Positions 36,101 to 46,088 of a DNA stretch of 64,000 bases are shown here, piece by piece. Positions within the stretch are counted from its first letter, which is position 1. Each line of letters opens with the position of its first letter. This DNA comes from Clostridia bacterium (GTDB lineage Bacteria; Bacillota; Clostridia; Christensenellales; Borkfalkiaceae). The stretch is taken from positions 20,896 to 84,895 of the forward strand of contig JAFTPQ010000008.1 in the NCBI GenBank assembly GCA_017463205.1, given 5' to 3'. The notes under the pieces were generated by a model. It did not search any database. It was not told the DNA's origin and saw nothing but the letters and a program-made list of their open reading frames with translations. Both the position numbers and the translations under genes were made by a program.

Positions 36101-37183
36101 ATGAAGATCATACACACGGGCGACGTGCATTTGGGTTCTACGATGAAAAATTTGCCGCCCGAAAAGGCGAAATTGCGGCAGGCGGAATTGATGGATACGT
36201 TTGCACAACTTGCCGTCTATGCAAAAAACAACGGAGTTTCCGCCGTGATCATCGCAGGGGATCTGTTTGATGAAAATAACCTGTTGCGGCGATATAAGCA
36301 AGACGTGTTCGCTGTAATAAAGGACGCCGCGCCCGTGGGATTTTTTTACGTTTCGGGCAATCATGACGACGAATTTGATTACGAAGACGAACTGCCGCCC
36401 AATTTATTTTTGTTTTCCAAAAGTCGGGGCTGGCAAAGTTACGATTTTCCCGAAAATATCACGCTGACGGGCATGGACAGTAAATTTATGCGCGCGGAAA
36501 CGCTTGCCGCATTGTCGTTGGATAAAACGCGGTTTAATATCGTGGTTTTGCACGGCGATATCGCAGGCGGTAAAACGAGTTTTGAAACAATTCCCCTCAC
36601 GGCGTTGCAAAATAAGTACGTCGATTATTTGGCGTTGGGGCATATCCATAAGCCGATGGCGGCGGCGAAACCTTTAGACGGACGGGGGATCTACCGTTAT
36701 TGCGGTTGTTTGGAAGGCAGAGGGTTTGACGAATGCGGTCAGCGGGGATTTTTCCTGTTGGATATCGAAAATGGGCGGTTGGTTCGCGAACAGTTTATTT
36801 CCATCGCCAAGCGAACGGTGGTGGAAGCGCATGCGGATATTTCCGATTGCGGCAGTTATTACGACGTGGAAAAAACGGTGGCGGCGGTATTAGGGCAGAT
36901 CCCGACGGGCAGTATCGTAAAATTGGTGCTTTGCGGGCGTTGCGTTGCGGGATTGCGCAAAGAATTATCCTTGTTGGAAATGCGTTTCGGACAGCAATTT
37001 TTTCATATTCGGGCGGAGGACGAAACGAAAACGTTTATCGATTATCGCGCCTACGAACATGATCACACCGCGCGCGGAGAATTTGTCCGCGAAGTGGGCA
37101 GGCGTGAAATGTCGGAAGAATTGCGCGCCGAAATTTTAGACGTGGGGTTAAAAGCTCTGGCAGGGGAGGAGATCGATTTATGA
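36101..37183 (+). CDS. SbcD/Mre11-like metallophosphoesterase (YhaO-like DNA repair exonuclease)
   Basis: MKIIHTGDVHLG, GDLFD, SGNHD, GHIH motifs. Overlaps the downstream ATPase gene (ATGA). Confidence 0.8.
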   Translation: MKIIHTGDVHLGSTMKNLPPEKAKLRQAELMDTFAQLAVYAKNNGVSAVIIAGDLFDENNLLRRYKQDVFAVIKDAAPVGFFYVSGNHDDEFDYEDELPPNLFLFSKSRGWQSYDFPENITLTGMDSKFMRAETLAALSLDKTRFNIVVLHGDIAGGKTSFETIPLTALQNKYVDYLALGHIHKPMAAAKPLDGRGIYRYCGCLEGRGFDECGQRGFFLLDIENGRLVREQFISIAKRTVVEAHADISDCGSYYDVEKTVAAVLGQIPTGSIVKLVLCGRCVAGLRKELSLLEMRFGQQFFHIRAEDETKTFIDYRAYEHDHTARGEFVREVGRREMSEELRAEILDVGLKALAGEEIDL

Positions 37184-39423
37184 AATTGTTATCCTGTTAT
37201 ATTGCCGGGTTTGGGAAATTTGTCAAACGGCAAATTCCATTTGACGGCAACCCTGTCGTGATCAAAGAGGACAATGGCTGGGGAAAAACGACGCTTGCCG
37301 ATTTCATTAAATGTATGTTATACGGCATGGAAAACAGCAGAAGCCGCGCTTTGGAAACAAACGAACGAAAAAAATACGAACCGTGGCAAGGCGGCGTATT
37401 CGGCGGTTCGCTTACGTTTTTATACGCAGGACGGAAATACCGCATCGAGCGGACGTTTGGCAAAACGGCGAGTATGGATACGGCGCGGCTGTTTGACGAA
37501 AACGAGATGCAATCGTACGCGTTTGGCGATAAAGCGGAGCATTTGGGCGAGGCGTTGTTTGGCGTCGATCGCGACAGTTATCAGCGCAACGTGTATGTTC
37601 CGCAAGGGGAGATCCCGACGGGGAATTTGCCCGACGATATGAAAAACCGCTTGCTTGCGTTGCTTGGCGGCAACGGGCAGGGCGGCGGTTCGGAAGTGGC
37701 GTTCGAGCGGCTGGAAACGGCAGAACGGGCGTTGCGCGCAAAGCGAAAACCCGCCAAAGGGAAGTTGGACGCGATCGACGAGCGGTTGCAAGAAATTTCA
37801 CGGGAAAAAGCAAATTGCGAACAGTGTCTTGCACAAGCGCGTTCGTTGCGCGCGGATATGCAACGCAAAGAGGAAGAAATCGGCTTTTACAATCAACGTT
37901 TGGAAGGTTTGTCGGCGGCAATCGAAAAGCTCAGCCGTCAAAACGAATGGCAGGCTCGGCAAGACGCCTATCGTCAAGCGCAAACGCAACTGCGAGGGAA
38001 CAACGCCACGCTTGGCGAGTTGCAGGCTTTCTTTGGCGACGTTGCGCCTGCTTCCGTCAACGTGGACGGCTTGCAAACGGCGGTTGGAGAATTTTATTCC
38101 TTGAAAGGCGCGCTGGCGGATACCGAACGGGAATTATCGCGCGCGGAAGACGTTTTGCGTGAAAAAAAGAACTTGGAAACGCAATTTTCCGCCTGTCAAA
38201 AAGCGAAGAAAACGTACGATCTGTTTATGGCAGGAAAAGGGGAAAGGACAGGGGCAGGTATGCGTTCACCGTCTGAAAAGCGAGCAAAAGTCGGCGGCAT
38301 AAAAGGCGTGTTTTGGTTTGTTTTTTTGCTGATCGCGGTTTTGGGCGGCGGACTTGTGAAAACGCAACCCGTTTTGGGCGGTATCGCATTGACGATCGGG
38401 GCAGTCGGCATATTGACGATGACGGTTATGTTGCTTCGCGGAAGAAAACGCAATGCCAAACGGTCGAATAAAGAAGAAACTGCGACGGAAGAAGCTTTAA
38501 AAGGTCTTGCGGAAACAGAAAAAGAATTGGCGGAGATCAGCCGTCGTTTGTCGGCGTTCCCTTCCGACGCCGAACAGATTTGTCAACGCTTGACCGCGCA
38601 AAAAACGCAACAAAAGCAGCGTTTGGACAGCGTGGAAAAGGGGATCGCCCGTTTTTTACAAAAATTTGCATTTCGGGAAATATACGATTATCGGGTGGCA
38701 TTGTCCACGTTAAAAGAAAATATTGCCTCTTACGCGCGGCTCACCCACTCCGTAGCGGAGCTGCAAACGCAGGTAAACGCTTGGGCGGACGGCTTGCAGG
38801 GGCAGGACGTTGCGCCGCAAGAGAGCGCTTTGGGGGATATTTCGGCACTGAAAAACGAAAAGGCGCAGATGGAGCGCGCAAAAGAAAGTTCGGTTGCCGA
38901 ACACGCTCGGTTGGCGACGAAGGCAGAACAGTTGGAAGAAGCGGCGGACACGTCGGGTTTGGACGGGGAGGCGGACGCGCTAAACCACGAAAAAGAACGT
39001 TTGGAAAGGCGATTGTACGCAATCAAGGCGGCGAAAGAAATATTGCTTCGCGCGGAAGAAAATATAGCGTCTCGGTATTTAGAACCGGTGGGGTTGCGTT
39101 GTCGGGCATATTTGAAAATGTTGCAAGGCGAAACGGGCGCAACGTTACGTTTTTCCGCCGACGGCGCGCCGTTCATTGAAGAAAACGGAGGGACGCATGA
39201 AGTGGATTATTACAGCGTCGGCTCGAAAGAATTGATCGGTTTTTGCACGCGTATCGCATTGGCGGAAACGATGTTTACACGTGAAACGCCTGTATTGATT
39301 TTAGACGATCCGTTTGTGAATTTGGACGATGAAAAAACGGAAAAAGCCAAACGGCTTGTCAAAGAATTGTCGAAAAAATATCAAATCGTATATTTTACTT
39401 GCAAAAACGAACGGCGCTTGTGA
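37180..39423 (+). CDS. SMC/SbcC-like AAA ATPase (YhaN-like) with an internal TM hairpin
   Basis: N-terminal Walker A DNGWGKTT, long coiled coils, and a C-terminal LILDDPFVNLDD Walker B. Hydrophobic segment at 38305-38436. Confidence 0.75.
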   Translation: MKLLSCYIAGFGKFVKRQIPFDGNPVVIKEDNGWGKTTLADFIKCMLYGMENSRSRALETNERKKYEPWQGGVFGGSLTFLYAGRKYRIERTFGKTASMDTARLFDENEMQSYAFGDKAEHLGEALFGVDRDSYQRNVYVPQGEIPTGNLPDDMKNRLLALLGGNGQGGGSEVAFERLETAERALRAKRKPAKGKLDAIDERLQEISREKANCEQCLAQARSLRADMQRKEEEIGFYNQRLEGLSAAIEKLSRQNEWQARQDAYRQAQTQLRGNNATLGELQAFFGDVAPASVNVDGLQTAVGEFYSLKGALADTERELSRAEDVLREKKNLETQFSACQKAKKTYDLFMAGKGERTGAGMRSPSEKRAKVGGIKGVFWFVFLLIAVLGGGLVKTQPVLGGIALTIGAVGILTMTVMLLRGRKRNAKRSNKEETATEEALKGLAETEKELAEISRRLSAFPSDAEQICQRLTAQKTQQKQRLDSVEKGIARFLQKFAFREIYDYRVALSTLKENIASYARLTHSVAELQTQVNAWADGLQGQDVAPQESALGDISALKNEKAQMERAKESSVAEHARLATKAEQLEEAADTSGLDGEADALNHEKERLERRLYAIKAAKEILLRAEENIASRYLEPVGLRCRAYLKMLQGETGATLRFSADGAPFIEENGGTHEVDYYSVGSKELIGFCTRIALAETMFTRETPVLILDDPFVNLDDEKTEKAKRLVKELSKKYQIVYFTCKNERRL
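38251..38269 (+). repeat. Dispersed 19-nt motif, 17/19 (TGA changed to TCA), in frame inside the yhaN-like gene
   Basis: acaGGGGCAGGTATGCGTTCAc again encodes TGAGMRS. It matches the clpB copy at 20 of 21 nt. Confidence 0.9.
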
Positions 39424-39481
39424 AAATAGCGATGAAAAAAATGAAAATTCAGTGAAAAGGGGAATTTTTTCATTGAAATCA

Positions 39482-39510
39482 TTGACATTCGTTTTTAAGA
39501 AAAATATAAT
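39482..39510 (+). promoter_or_regulatory. Promoter TTGACA-N17-TATAAT for the ABC exporter pair
   Basis: Perfect hexamers, with a leader of about 120 nt before ATG 39634. Confidence 0.55.
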
Positions 39511-39633
39511 AGATATTGTCATTTGTTTTATTGTAGATTAAGGTCGCCCGCGCGCGAAAGAAAGGAGTGGGTAAGACGATTGAAACGAAAACAGAGAAAA
39601 ATAACGAAAAAGTTCGGGAGGTGAAAAGCCGAA

Positions 39634-41442
39634 ATGAAAAAAACGATAAAAACGTTGTTAAAAAGCGTTCGACAGTATAAAAAACCGTCGCTGATCACGC
39701 CCATTTTCATGGCGTTGGAGGCGTTTTGCGAGTGTTTGATCCCTTTTGTTATGGCAAAATTGATCAAATCGATCGACGTAGAGGGGATCGACTCAGCTTT
39801 GGCGATGCAAAATATTTTAAAATACGGCGCAATGTTGTTGGGGTTGGCGGTTTGTTCGATGTTAACGGGCGCATTTGCGGGAAAGTTTGCTGCGACGGCA
39901 AGTTGCGGATTTGCGCGCAATTTACGGCACGATCTGTTTTATCGAGTGCAAAAATTTTCGTTTGCCAACGTAGATAAATTTTCCACGTCTTCCCTCGTCA
40001 CCCGTTTGACGACGGACGTCACCAACGTACAGCAATCCTATCAAATGTGTTTGCGTATCGCTATCAGAGTGCCGTTGCAATTTTTATTTGCGATCATCAT
40101 GAGCTTTACCATCAATCCTCGCCTTGCGTGGATATTTCTTGCGGTTGTACCCTTCCTTGGGCTGGTGATCATTTCGATTATGCGTTACGTAATGCCTTTC
40201 TTTCGTCGTATTTTCAAAAAGTATGACGCGTTAAACAATTCCGTGCAAGAAAACGTGGGCGGTATCCGTGTTGTAAAATCGTTTGTACGGGAAGACTTTG
40301 AAAAGAAAAAATTTGAAAAAGCGGCAGGCGAAGTGCGTGACGATTTCACGAAAGCGGAAAAAATTATGGCGTTAAACAACCCGATGATGACCTTTTTCAT
40401 CAATTTTGCTTCGGTGTTGATTTCGGCGTTTGCGGCGTATGCGATCATTGATAAAACGCATTGGGCGGCGTTTGACGGGTTTGGCAAAGGCGAACTGTCG
40501 GCGCTGATCTCGTACGGGATACAAATGTTGTCCTGTTTGATGATGTTTTCGATGATCTTCGTTATGTTGTCGATGTCGTTGGAATCTGCCCGCCGTATCG
40601 GCGAAGTGTTAAATGAAGAATCGGATATCGTCAGCCCCGAAAACGGCGTAAAAGAAGTGAAAGACGGTTCGATCCGTTTTGAAAACGTCAGTTTTAAATA
40701 TTCGGCGAAAGCCAACCATTACGCTCTTTCCGACATTGATTTGGAAATAAAATCGGGGGAAACGGTGGGGGTTTTAGGCGGAACGGGTTCGTCGAAAACG
40801 ACATTGATTCAGTTGATCCCCCGCTTATACGACGCGTCCGAAGGCAACGTGTTTGTCGGTGGCGTCAACGTGAAAGAATACGATTTGGAAACCCTTCGCA
40901 AAGAAGTGTCCGTCGTGTTGCAAAAGAACGTACTGTTTTCGGGTACGATCAAAGAAAATTTGCGTTGGGGGGACGAAAAAGCTACGGATGAAGACATCGT
41001 GCGCGTTTGTAAATTGGCGCAAGCGGACGAATTTATCACGGCATTTCCCGACGGTTACGACACGTATATCGAACAGGGCGGGACGAACGTTTCGGGCGGT
41101 CAGAAACAACGTCTTTGTATTGCCCGCGCATTGCTTAGAAAACCCAAAGTGTTGATTTTGGACGATTCGACGTCGGCGGTGGATACCAAAACGGACGCGT
41201 TGATCCGTCACGCGTTTAAAATGGAAATTCCCGATACGACGAAAATTATCATCGCGCAGCGTATCGCTTCCGTCGAACATGCGGATAAGATATTGGTTTT
41301 GGAAGGCGGTAAGATCATTGCTTGCGGCAACCACACGCAGTTGATGGAAACCAGCGATATCTATCGCGAGATCTACGACGCGCAAACCAAAAGCCGTTCG
41401 ACGGAAACGGAAGAAGAAAACGCGCAAGGAGGTGAGGCATAA
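39634..41442 (+). CDS. ABC transporter permease/ATP-binding protein (type I exporter half-transporter)
   Basis: Six-TM domain plus NBD with [24 protein letters not shown] and ILDDSTSAVD. Confidence 0.9.
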   Translation: MKKTIKTLLKSVRQYKKPSLITPIFMALEAFCECLIPFVMAKLIKSIDVEGIDSALAMQNILKYGAMLLGLAVCSMLTGAFAGKFAATASCGFARNLRHDLFYRVQKFSFANVDKFSTSSLVTRLTTDVTNVQQSYQMCLRIAIRVPLQFLFAIIMSFTINPRLAWIFLAVVPFLGLVIISIMRYVMPFFRRIFKKYDALNNSVQENVGGIRVVKSFVREDFEKKKFEKAAGEVRDDFTKAEKIMALNNPMMTFFINFASVLISAFAAYAIIDKTHWAAFDGFGKGELSALISYGIQMLSCLMMFSMIFVMLSMSLESARRIGEVLNEESDIVSPENGVKEVKDGSIRFENVSFKYSAKANHYALSDIDLEIKSGETVGVLGGTGSSKTTLIQLIPRLYDASEGNVFVGGVNVKEYDLETLRKEVSVVLQKNVLFSGTIKENLRWGDEKATDEDIVRVCKLAQADEFITAFPDGYDTYIEQGGTNVSGGQKQRLCIARALLRKPKVLILDDSTSAVDTKTDALIRHAFKMEIPDTTKIIIAQRIASVEHADKILVLEGGKIIACGNHTQLMETSDIYREIYDAQTKSRSTETEEENAQGGEA

Positions 41443-43433
41443 TGGCTGAAATGAAAACTTCGGAAAGAAGACCTGTAATGCCCAAAGGTCCTATGCGCGG
41501 ACGCGGAATGCCCGTTCCCAAGGGTGCGATCAAGAAAGGCACGTTAAAACGTTTGCTGAAAATGGCGTTCCGTTATTATAAATGGCAGTTGCTTTTGGTG
41601 TTGATCTGCATCGTATTCAGTTCGGTGGGCGGTTTGGTGTCCTCGGTGTATATGCAAAGCCTTGTAGACGATGTGATCACGCCTGCGCTGACGGGCGTCG
41701 GCGGTTTTACGGCGGAATTGCAAGGTAAATTGATGGGATTGATCATAATGATGGTGGTTGTGTACGGCATCGTCGTCATTTCCTCCTTCCTGTATACGCG
41801 CATCGGCGCGGTCGTGACGCAAGGGATGCTGTATCATTTGCGTACGGAAATGTTTGCAAAAATGCAAAGTTTGCCGATTAAGTATTTCGATACGCATGCG
41901 CACGGTGATATTATGAGTAGTTACACCAACGATACGGACGCGACACGGCAATTGATCGGGCAGAGTTTGCCTACGATTTTAAGCAGCTCGTTGACGCTGA
42001 TCGTTTCGTTGACGTTGATGTTGACGTACAGTTTTTGGTTGTCGTTGGTGGTGTTTATTTGCACCTTTTTTATGACGTTTGTCGTAAAAAAGATCGGCGG
42101 CAACAGCGCAAAATTCATGGTATCGCAACAAACTTCGTTGGCGCGCGAAGAAGGTTTTGTCGAAGAAATGATGAAAGGCCAAAAGGTGGTGAAAGTATTC
42201 ACGCACGAGGAAAAGTCGAAAGAAGATTTCGACGCGCTGAACGATCAGTTGTTTAAAGACAGCGAACGGGCGCATATTTTCGGTAATATTTTAGGCCCGA
42301 TCCTTGGCAATATCGGCAATTTCACGTACGTGTTGATTTCGATCGTCGGCGGTGCATTGTTTGCGTTGAACGTACCCAACCTCAGTTTTACCTCGTTGTT
42401 TGGCGGCGCGAAAACGTTGGGGATCGGCGTGATCATTGCCTTTTTGGGGATGTCGAGAAACTTTACGCAGGTCGTTAATCAAATGTCGCAGCAAATTTCG
42501 ATGATCGCGATGGGGCTGGCAGGCGCAAGCCGTGTGTTTACGCTGATGGATGAAACGCCCGAACAGGACGACGGATACGTAACGCTTGTCAACGCCAAAG
42601 AAGACGAACAGGGCAATTTGACGGAAACGGCGCAACGTACGGGGATTTGGGCTTGGAAACATTATCATAAAGCGGAGGACGTTACGACGTATACCCGTCT
42701 TCGCGGCGATATCGTGATGGATCAGGTGGATTTTGGTTACGTACCCGAAAAGCAGGTGCTTTCCGACGTAACGCTGTATGCAAAACCGGGGCAAAAGATC
42801 GCTTTTGTCGGCGCAACGGGCGCAGGAAAAACCACGATCACCAACCTCATCAACCGTTTCTATGATATCGCGGACGGAAAGATCCGTTACGACGGTATCA
42901 ATATCAACAAGATCCGCAAAAGCGATCTGCGCCGCTCGTTGGGGATCGTATTGCAAGACACCAATTTATTTACGGGTACGGTGATGGAAAATATTCGTTA
43001 CGGGCGCTTGGATGCGACGGACGAAGAATGTATTGAGGCGGCAAAACTTGCCAACGCGGACGATTTTATCTCCCGCCTACCCGACGGGTATCAGACAATG
43101 TTGACAAACAACGGCGCTAACTTGTCGCAGGGACAGCGGCAGTTGTTGTCGATTGCCCGCGCGGCAGTTGCAGACGCGCCTGCGATGATCTTGGACGAAG
43201 CAACTTCCTCCATCGATACGCGCACGGAAGCGCTTGTCAACGACGGTATGGATAAATTGATGAAAGGCAGAACTGTGTTCGTCATCGCCCATCGATTGTC
43301 TACCGTGCGCAATTCCGATGCGATCATGGTGCTCGATCACGGCAAGATCATCGAACGCGGTACGCACGAGCAGTTGTTGGAACAGAAGGGGACGTATTAT
43401 CAATTATATACGGGCGCATTCGAGTTAGAATAA
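41442..43433 (+). CDS. ABC transporter permease/ATP-binding protein; heterodimer partner
   Basis: GATGAGKTT, LSQGQRQLLSIARA, ILDEATSSID. Start overlaps the upstream stop. Confidence 0.9.
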   Translation: MAEMKTSERRPVMPKGPMRGRGMPVPKGAIKKGTLKRLLKMAFRYYKWQLLLVLICIVFSSVGGLVSSVYMQSLVDDVITPALTGVGGFTAELQGKLMGLIIMMVVVYGIVVISSFLYTRIGAVVTQGMLYHLRTEMFAKMQSLPIKYFDTHAHGDIMSSYTNDTDATRQLIGQSLPTILSSSLTLIVSLTLMLTYSFWLSLVVFICTFFMTFVVKKIGGNSAKFMVSQQTSLAREEGFVEEMMKGQKVVKVFTHEEKSKEDFDALNDQLFKDSERAHIFGNILGPILGNIGNFTYVLISIVGGALFALNVPNLSFTSLFGGAKTLGIGVIIAFLGMSRNFTQVVNQMSQQISMIAMGLAGASRVFTLMDETPEQDDGYVTLVNAKEDEQGNLTETAQRTGIWAWKHYHKAEDVTTYTRLRGDIVMDQVDFGYVPEKQVLSDVTLYAKPGQKIAFVGATGAGKTTITNLINRFYDIADGKIRYDGININKIRKSDLRRSLGIVLQDTNLFTGTVMENIRYGRLDATDEECIEAAKLANADDFISRLPDGYQTMLTNNGANLSQGQRQLLSIARAAVADAPAMILDEATSSIDTRTEALVNDGMDKLMKGRTVFVIAHRLSTVRNSDAIMVLDHGKIIERGTHEQLLEQKGTYYQLYTGAFELE

Positions 43434-43605
43434 AAACGACGTATATACTTCGCAATACTTCGTCAAGCTTACGTTTTTTCTTGCTCACGTACTTCTATGT
43501 ACGCTCCCGGCGAAAAATCCGCGCTTTCCTTGTCTTGCTCGTATCTACGCCGTTTTTCCAAAAAACAATGTTGAGCGAAAAATGTACAATTCAAGAAAAA
43601 CATCC

Positions 43606-43624
43606 TACCCAGGTATGCGTTGAA
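43606..43624 (+). repeat. Dispersed 19-nt motif, variant 15/19 (TACCCAGGTATGCGTTGAA)
   Basis: The 3' 15 nt are exact. Followed by taag and AAAA, and then the bidirectional terminator. Confidence 0.75.
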
Positions 43625-43629
43625 TAAGA

Positions 43630-43670
43630 AAACAGGCTGTTGAACGATCGTTTAACAGCCTGTTTCTTAT
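43630..43670. terminator. Bidirectional intrinsic terminator (17-bp stem)
   Basis: AAACAGGCTGTTGAACG-at-CGTTTAACAGCCTGTTT, lying between convergent operons. Confidence 0.75.
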
Positions 43671-43677
43671 TGCAAAA

Positions 43678-44433
43678 TTATAAGAGTTTTTCCACGATAT
43701 GAAAACCTAATTCGTCTGCCCATTGTCTTGCGGTTTGTTCGGAAGCGGGATCGAATACGATGTCAGGGCTGTGTGCGTCTACACCCAATACGATATCGTT
43801 GCCCACTTCTGCGGCAATTTTAAAAAACCGCCGATCGGGATAATGCCGATTCGAACGCACGCCCAAAAAGTTAAGCTCCAACGGGATATGCATGCGTTTT
43901 GCACCTTCGCACAAGCGTCGGTATTCTTGTTGCATAACTTCTTCCGAATAATCGTATCCGGACAGATCGGGGTGTGCCAAATATAAAAAATCGCCCGTAG
44001 CCAACCCCGCCAACACCTCCGTCACGTACATACACAACGTCCAATCTTCGTTGGATCGCGGCGATATCCATTTTGTCAGTTCACTGTTCAGCACGTGTTG
44101 CCCCATAATCAGATAATCGGGGGACACCTGCTTTAAAAACGCCATTTCTTCAGCATGAAAATCGGGATAATATTCCAATTCGAACCCGCAAAGGATACGG
44201 ATATCCTTTTCGTATTCTTTTGCCAACGAGCGCACGCTTTCTGCATATTCGAACAAGAGATCCGTCTTCATGCGAAAGGACGATTGATAATCGGTGTTCG
44301 GAAACAGATAGGGGGCGTGATCGGAAAATCCAAGCGTTTTCAAACCGTTTTTGACGGCGTTTTCTACGTATTCGCGGTCTTCCCCTTGGGCGTGATTGCA
44401 ACGTTTCGTATGAGTATGATAATTGTGCAGCAT
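43678..44433 (-). CDS. PHP-domain histidinol-phosphatase (HisJ family)
   Basis: N-terminus YHTHTKRCNHA and the GFSDH motif. Confidence 0.75.
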   Translation of the reverse strand: MLHNYHTHTKRCNHAQGEDREYVENAVKNGLKTLGFSDHAPYLFPNTDYQSSFRMKTDLLFEYAESVRSLAKEYEKDIRILCGFELEYYPDFHAEEMAFLKQVSPDYLIMGQHVLNSELTKWISPRSNEDWTLCMYVTEVLAGLATGDFLYLAHPDLSGYDYSEEVMQQEYRRLCEGAKRMHIPLELNFLGVRSNRHYPDRRFFKIAAEVGNDIVLGVDAHSPDIVFDPASEQTARQWADELGFHIVEKLL

Positions 44434-44461
44434 TTAAAAACTCCTTAAAATAAGTGCCGGT

Positions 44462-45373
44462 TTACAGTATTTTCGATAAAAATTCTTTTAACCGTTCATC
44501 TTTGGGATTTTCGAAAAATTCTTTGGGCGAATTTTCTTCTTTGATCACACCTTCGTTCATAAAGATGATCCGCGACGCCACTTCTTTGGCAAATCCCATT
44601 TCGTGCGTCACCACCACCATCGTCATGCCTTCGTTGGCAAGCTCGGTCATGACTTTCAGCACTTCGCCCACCATTTCGGGATCGAGCGCGGAAGTCGGCT
44701 CATCAAACAGCATCACTTCGGGTTCCATAGCAAGGGCGCGCACAATGGCGATACGTTGTTTCTGACCGCCCGAAAGCGTTGCGGGATACACGTTTGCCTT
44801 ATCTTCCAATCCGATTTTTTTCAACAGCGCCATCGCTTTTTCCGTCGCCTCTTTTTCGGGCATATTTTTCAGTTTCATCGGCGCAAGCGTAATGTTTTTT
44901 AATACGGTGAGGTGGGGGAATAAATTAAATTGTTGAAAAACCATTCCGATTTTTTGTCTGTGCAGATTCACCTGTTTCGTTGCGGTTTTTTCTATTTGCT
45001 TTTCCGATTCGCGCAAAGCGTTATATTCCGCTTCCGTTTTTTCATATTCCGCGGCGGCGGTTTCGTCGAATTGCCCGTATTTTTTCAACACTTGCAATTC
45101 TTTCATTTTTTGTTTGAGGTAAATGCGTTCGTTTTTAAATACGTATTCGCCGTCCAACAAAATTTCGCCTGCGGTGGGCATTTCCAATAAATTCAAACAG
45201 CGGAGAAAGGTCGATTTTCCGCACCCCGACGGACCGATCACGGCGACGACGTCGCCTTTTCGTATCTCGACGTTCACCCCTTGCAAAACGTTCAATTTGC
45301 CAAAGGACTTATGCAAATTTTTTACGGAGATCAACGTTTCCCTTTTTTCGTTTTCCATCTTTTTATCGTTCAT
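44462..45373 (-). CDS. Amino-acid ABC transporter ATP-binding protein with an internal insertion of about 45 aa
   Basis: [38 protein letters not shown]. Extra helical segment between ILLDGE and [12 protein letters not shown]. Confidence 0.85.
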   Translation of the reverse strand: MNDKKMENEKRETLISVKNLHKSFGKLNVLQGVNVEIRKGDVVAVIGPSGCGKSTFLRCLNLLEMPTAGEILLDGEYVFKNERIYLKQKMKELQVLKKYGQFDETAAAEYEKTEAEYNALRESEKQIEKTATKQVNLHRQKIGMVFQQFNLFPHLTVLKNITLAPMKLKNMPEKEATEKAMALLKKIGLEDKANVYPATLSGGQKQRIAIVRALAMEPEVMLFDEPTSALDPEMVGEVLKVMTELANEGMTMVVVTHEMGFAKEVASRIIFMNEGVIKEENSPKEFFENPKDERLKEFLSKIL

Positions 45374-46064
45374 TTTTCGCCAACCTCTTTTCCATGAATT
45401 TGATCAATAGGGTAAACACCAGCACCAATACGATATAAACAATGGCAAGCGCCAAATAGCAGATGATGGGATTATACACCGTATTTTGCAATTTAAAAGC
45501 AACTTGCAAATCGGTGACGCTGACGAATCCGGCAACGGACGTTTCTTTTACAATGGCGATCAATTCGTTGCCAATGGACGGCAAACAGTTTTTAATGGCT
45601 TGCGGCATAATAATTTTAAGCATAGTTTGCGTATAATTAAAGCCCAAACTTCTGCCGGCTTCCATTTGCCCTTTATCGACGGATAAAATACCGCCGCGAA
45701 TGATCTCGGACATATACGCCCCCGAATTTAAACCGAAAATAACCAACCCCCACAATAATGCGCTGGCTTGCGTAATGCCCAAAATGGGTTTGATGACGTA
45801 CCAACCGACCAGCAGTTGTACAACAAGAGGGGTCCCTCGAAAGAGACCCACGTATAATTTAGATATATTTTTTAACAGGGTTGTCACTTTGTTTTGCGGC
45901 AATAATTGCATAACGGCGAGAATAATACCGAGGATCAATCCGATAACAAATCCGCCAAGCGCAATAATCAACGTGTTTTGCAAACCTTCCAAAACGGTTT
46001 TATATCCACCGTAACGGAACATTTGATTTACAAAGCTCTCCCACAAATAATTCCAATTGATCAT
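45363..46064 (-). CDS. Amino-acid ABC transporter permease (His/Glu/Gln/Arg/opine family)
   Basis: [11 protein letters not shown]-loop motif and 5 TM segments. Confidence 0.85.
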   Translation of the reverse strand: MINWNYLWESFVNQMFRYGGYKTVLEGLQNTLIIALGGFVIGLILGIILAVMQLLPQNKVTTLLKNISKLYVGLFRGTPLVVQLLVGWYVIKPILGITQASALLWGLVIFGLNSGAYMSEIIRGGILSVDKGQMEAGRSLGFNYTQTMLKIIMPQAIKNCLPSIGNELIAIVKETSVAGFVSVTDLQVAFKLQNTVYNPIICYLALAIVYIVLVLVFTLLIKFMEKRLAKNER

Positions 46065-46088
46065 TATATCCTCTTGTAAGATCGAATT

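Noticed and set aside
39561-39620. A short basic upstream ORF (TTG start, about 14 codons) in the ABC exporter leader as a possible attenuation peptide
   Set aside because: It has a non-ATG start with marginal RBS spacing, and I could not identify any alternative terminator/antiterminator structure.
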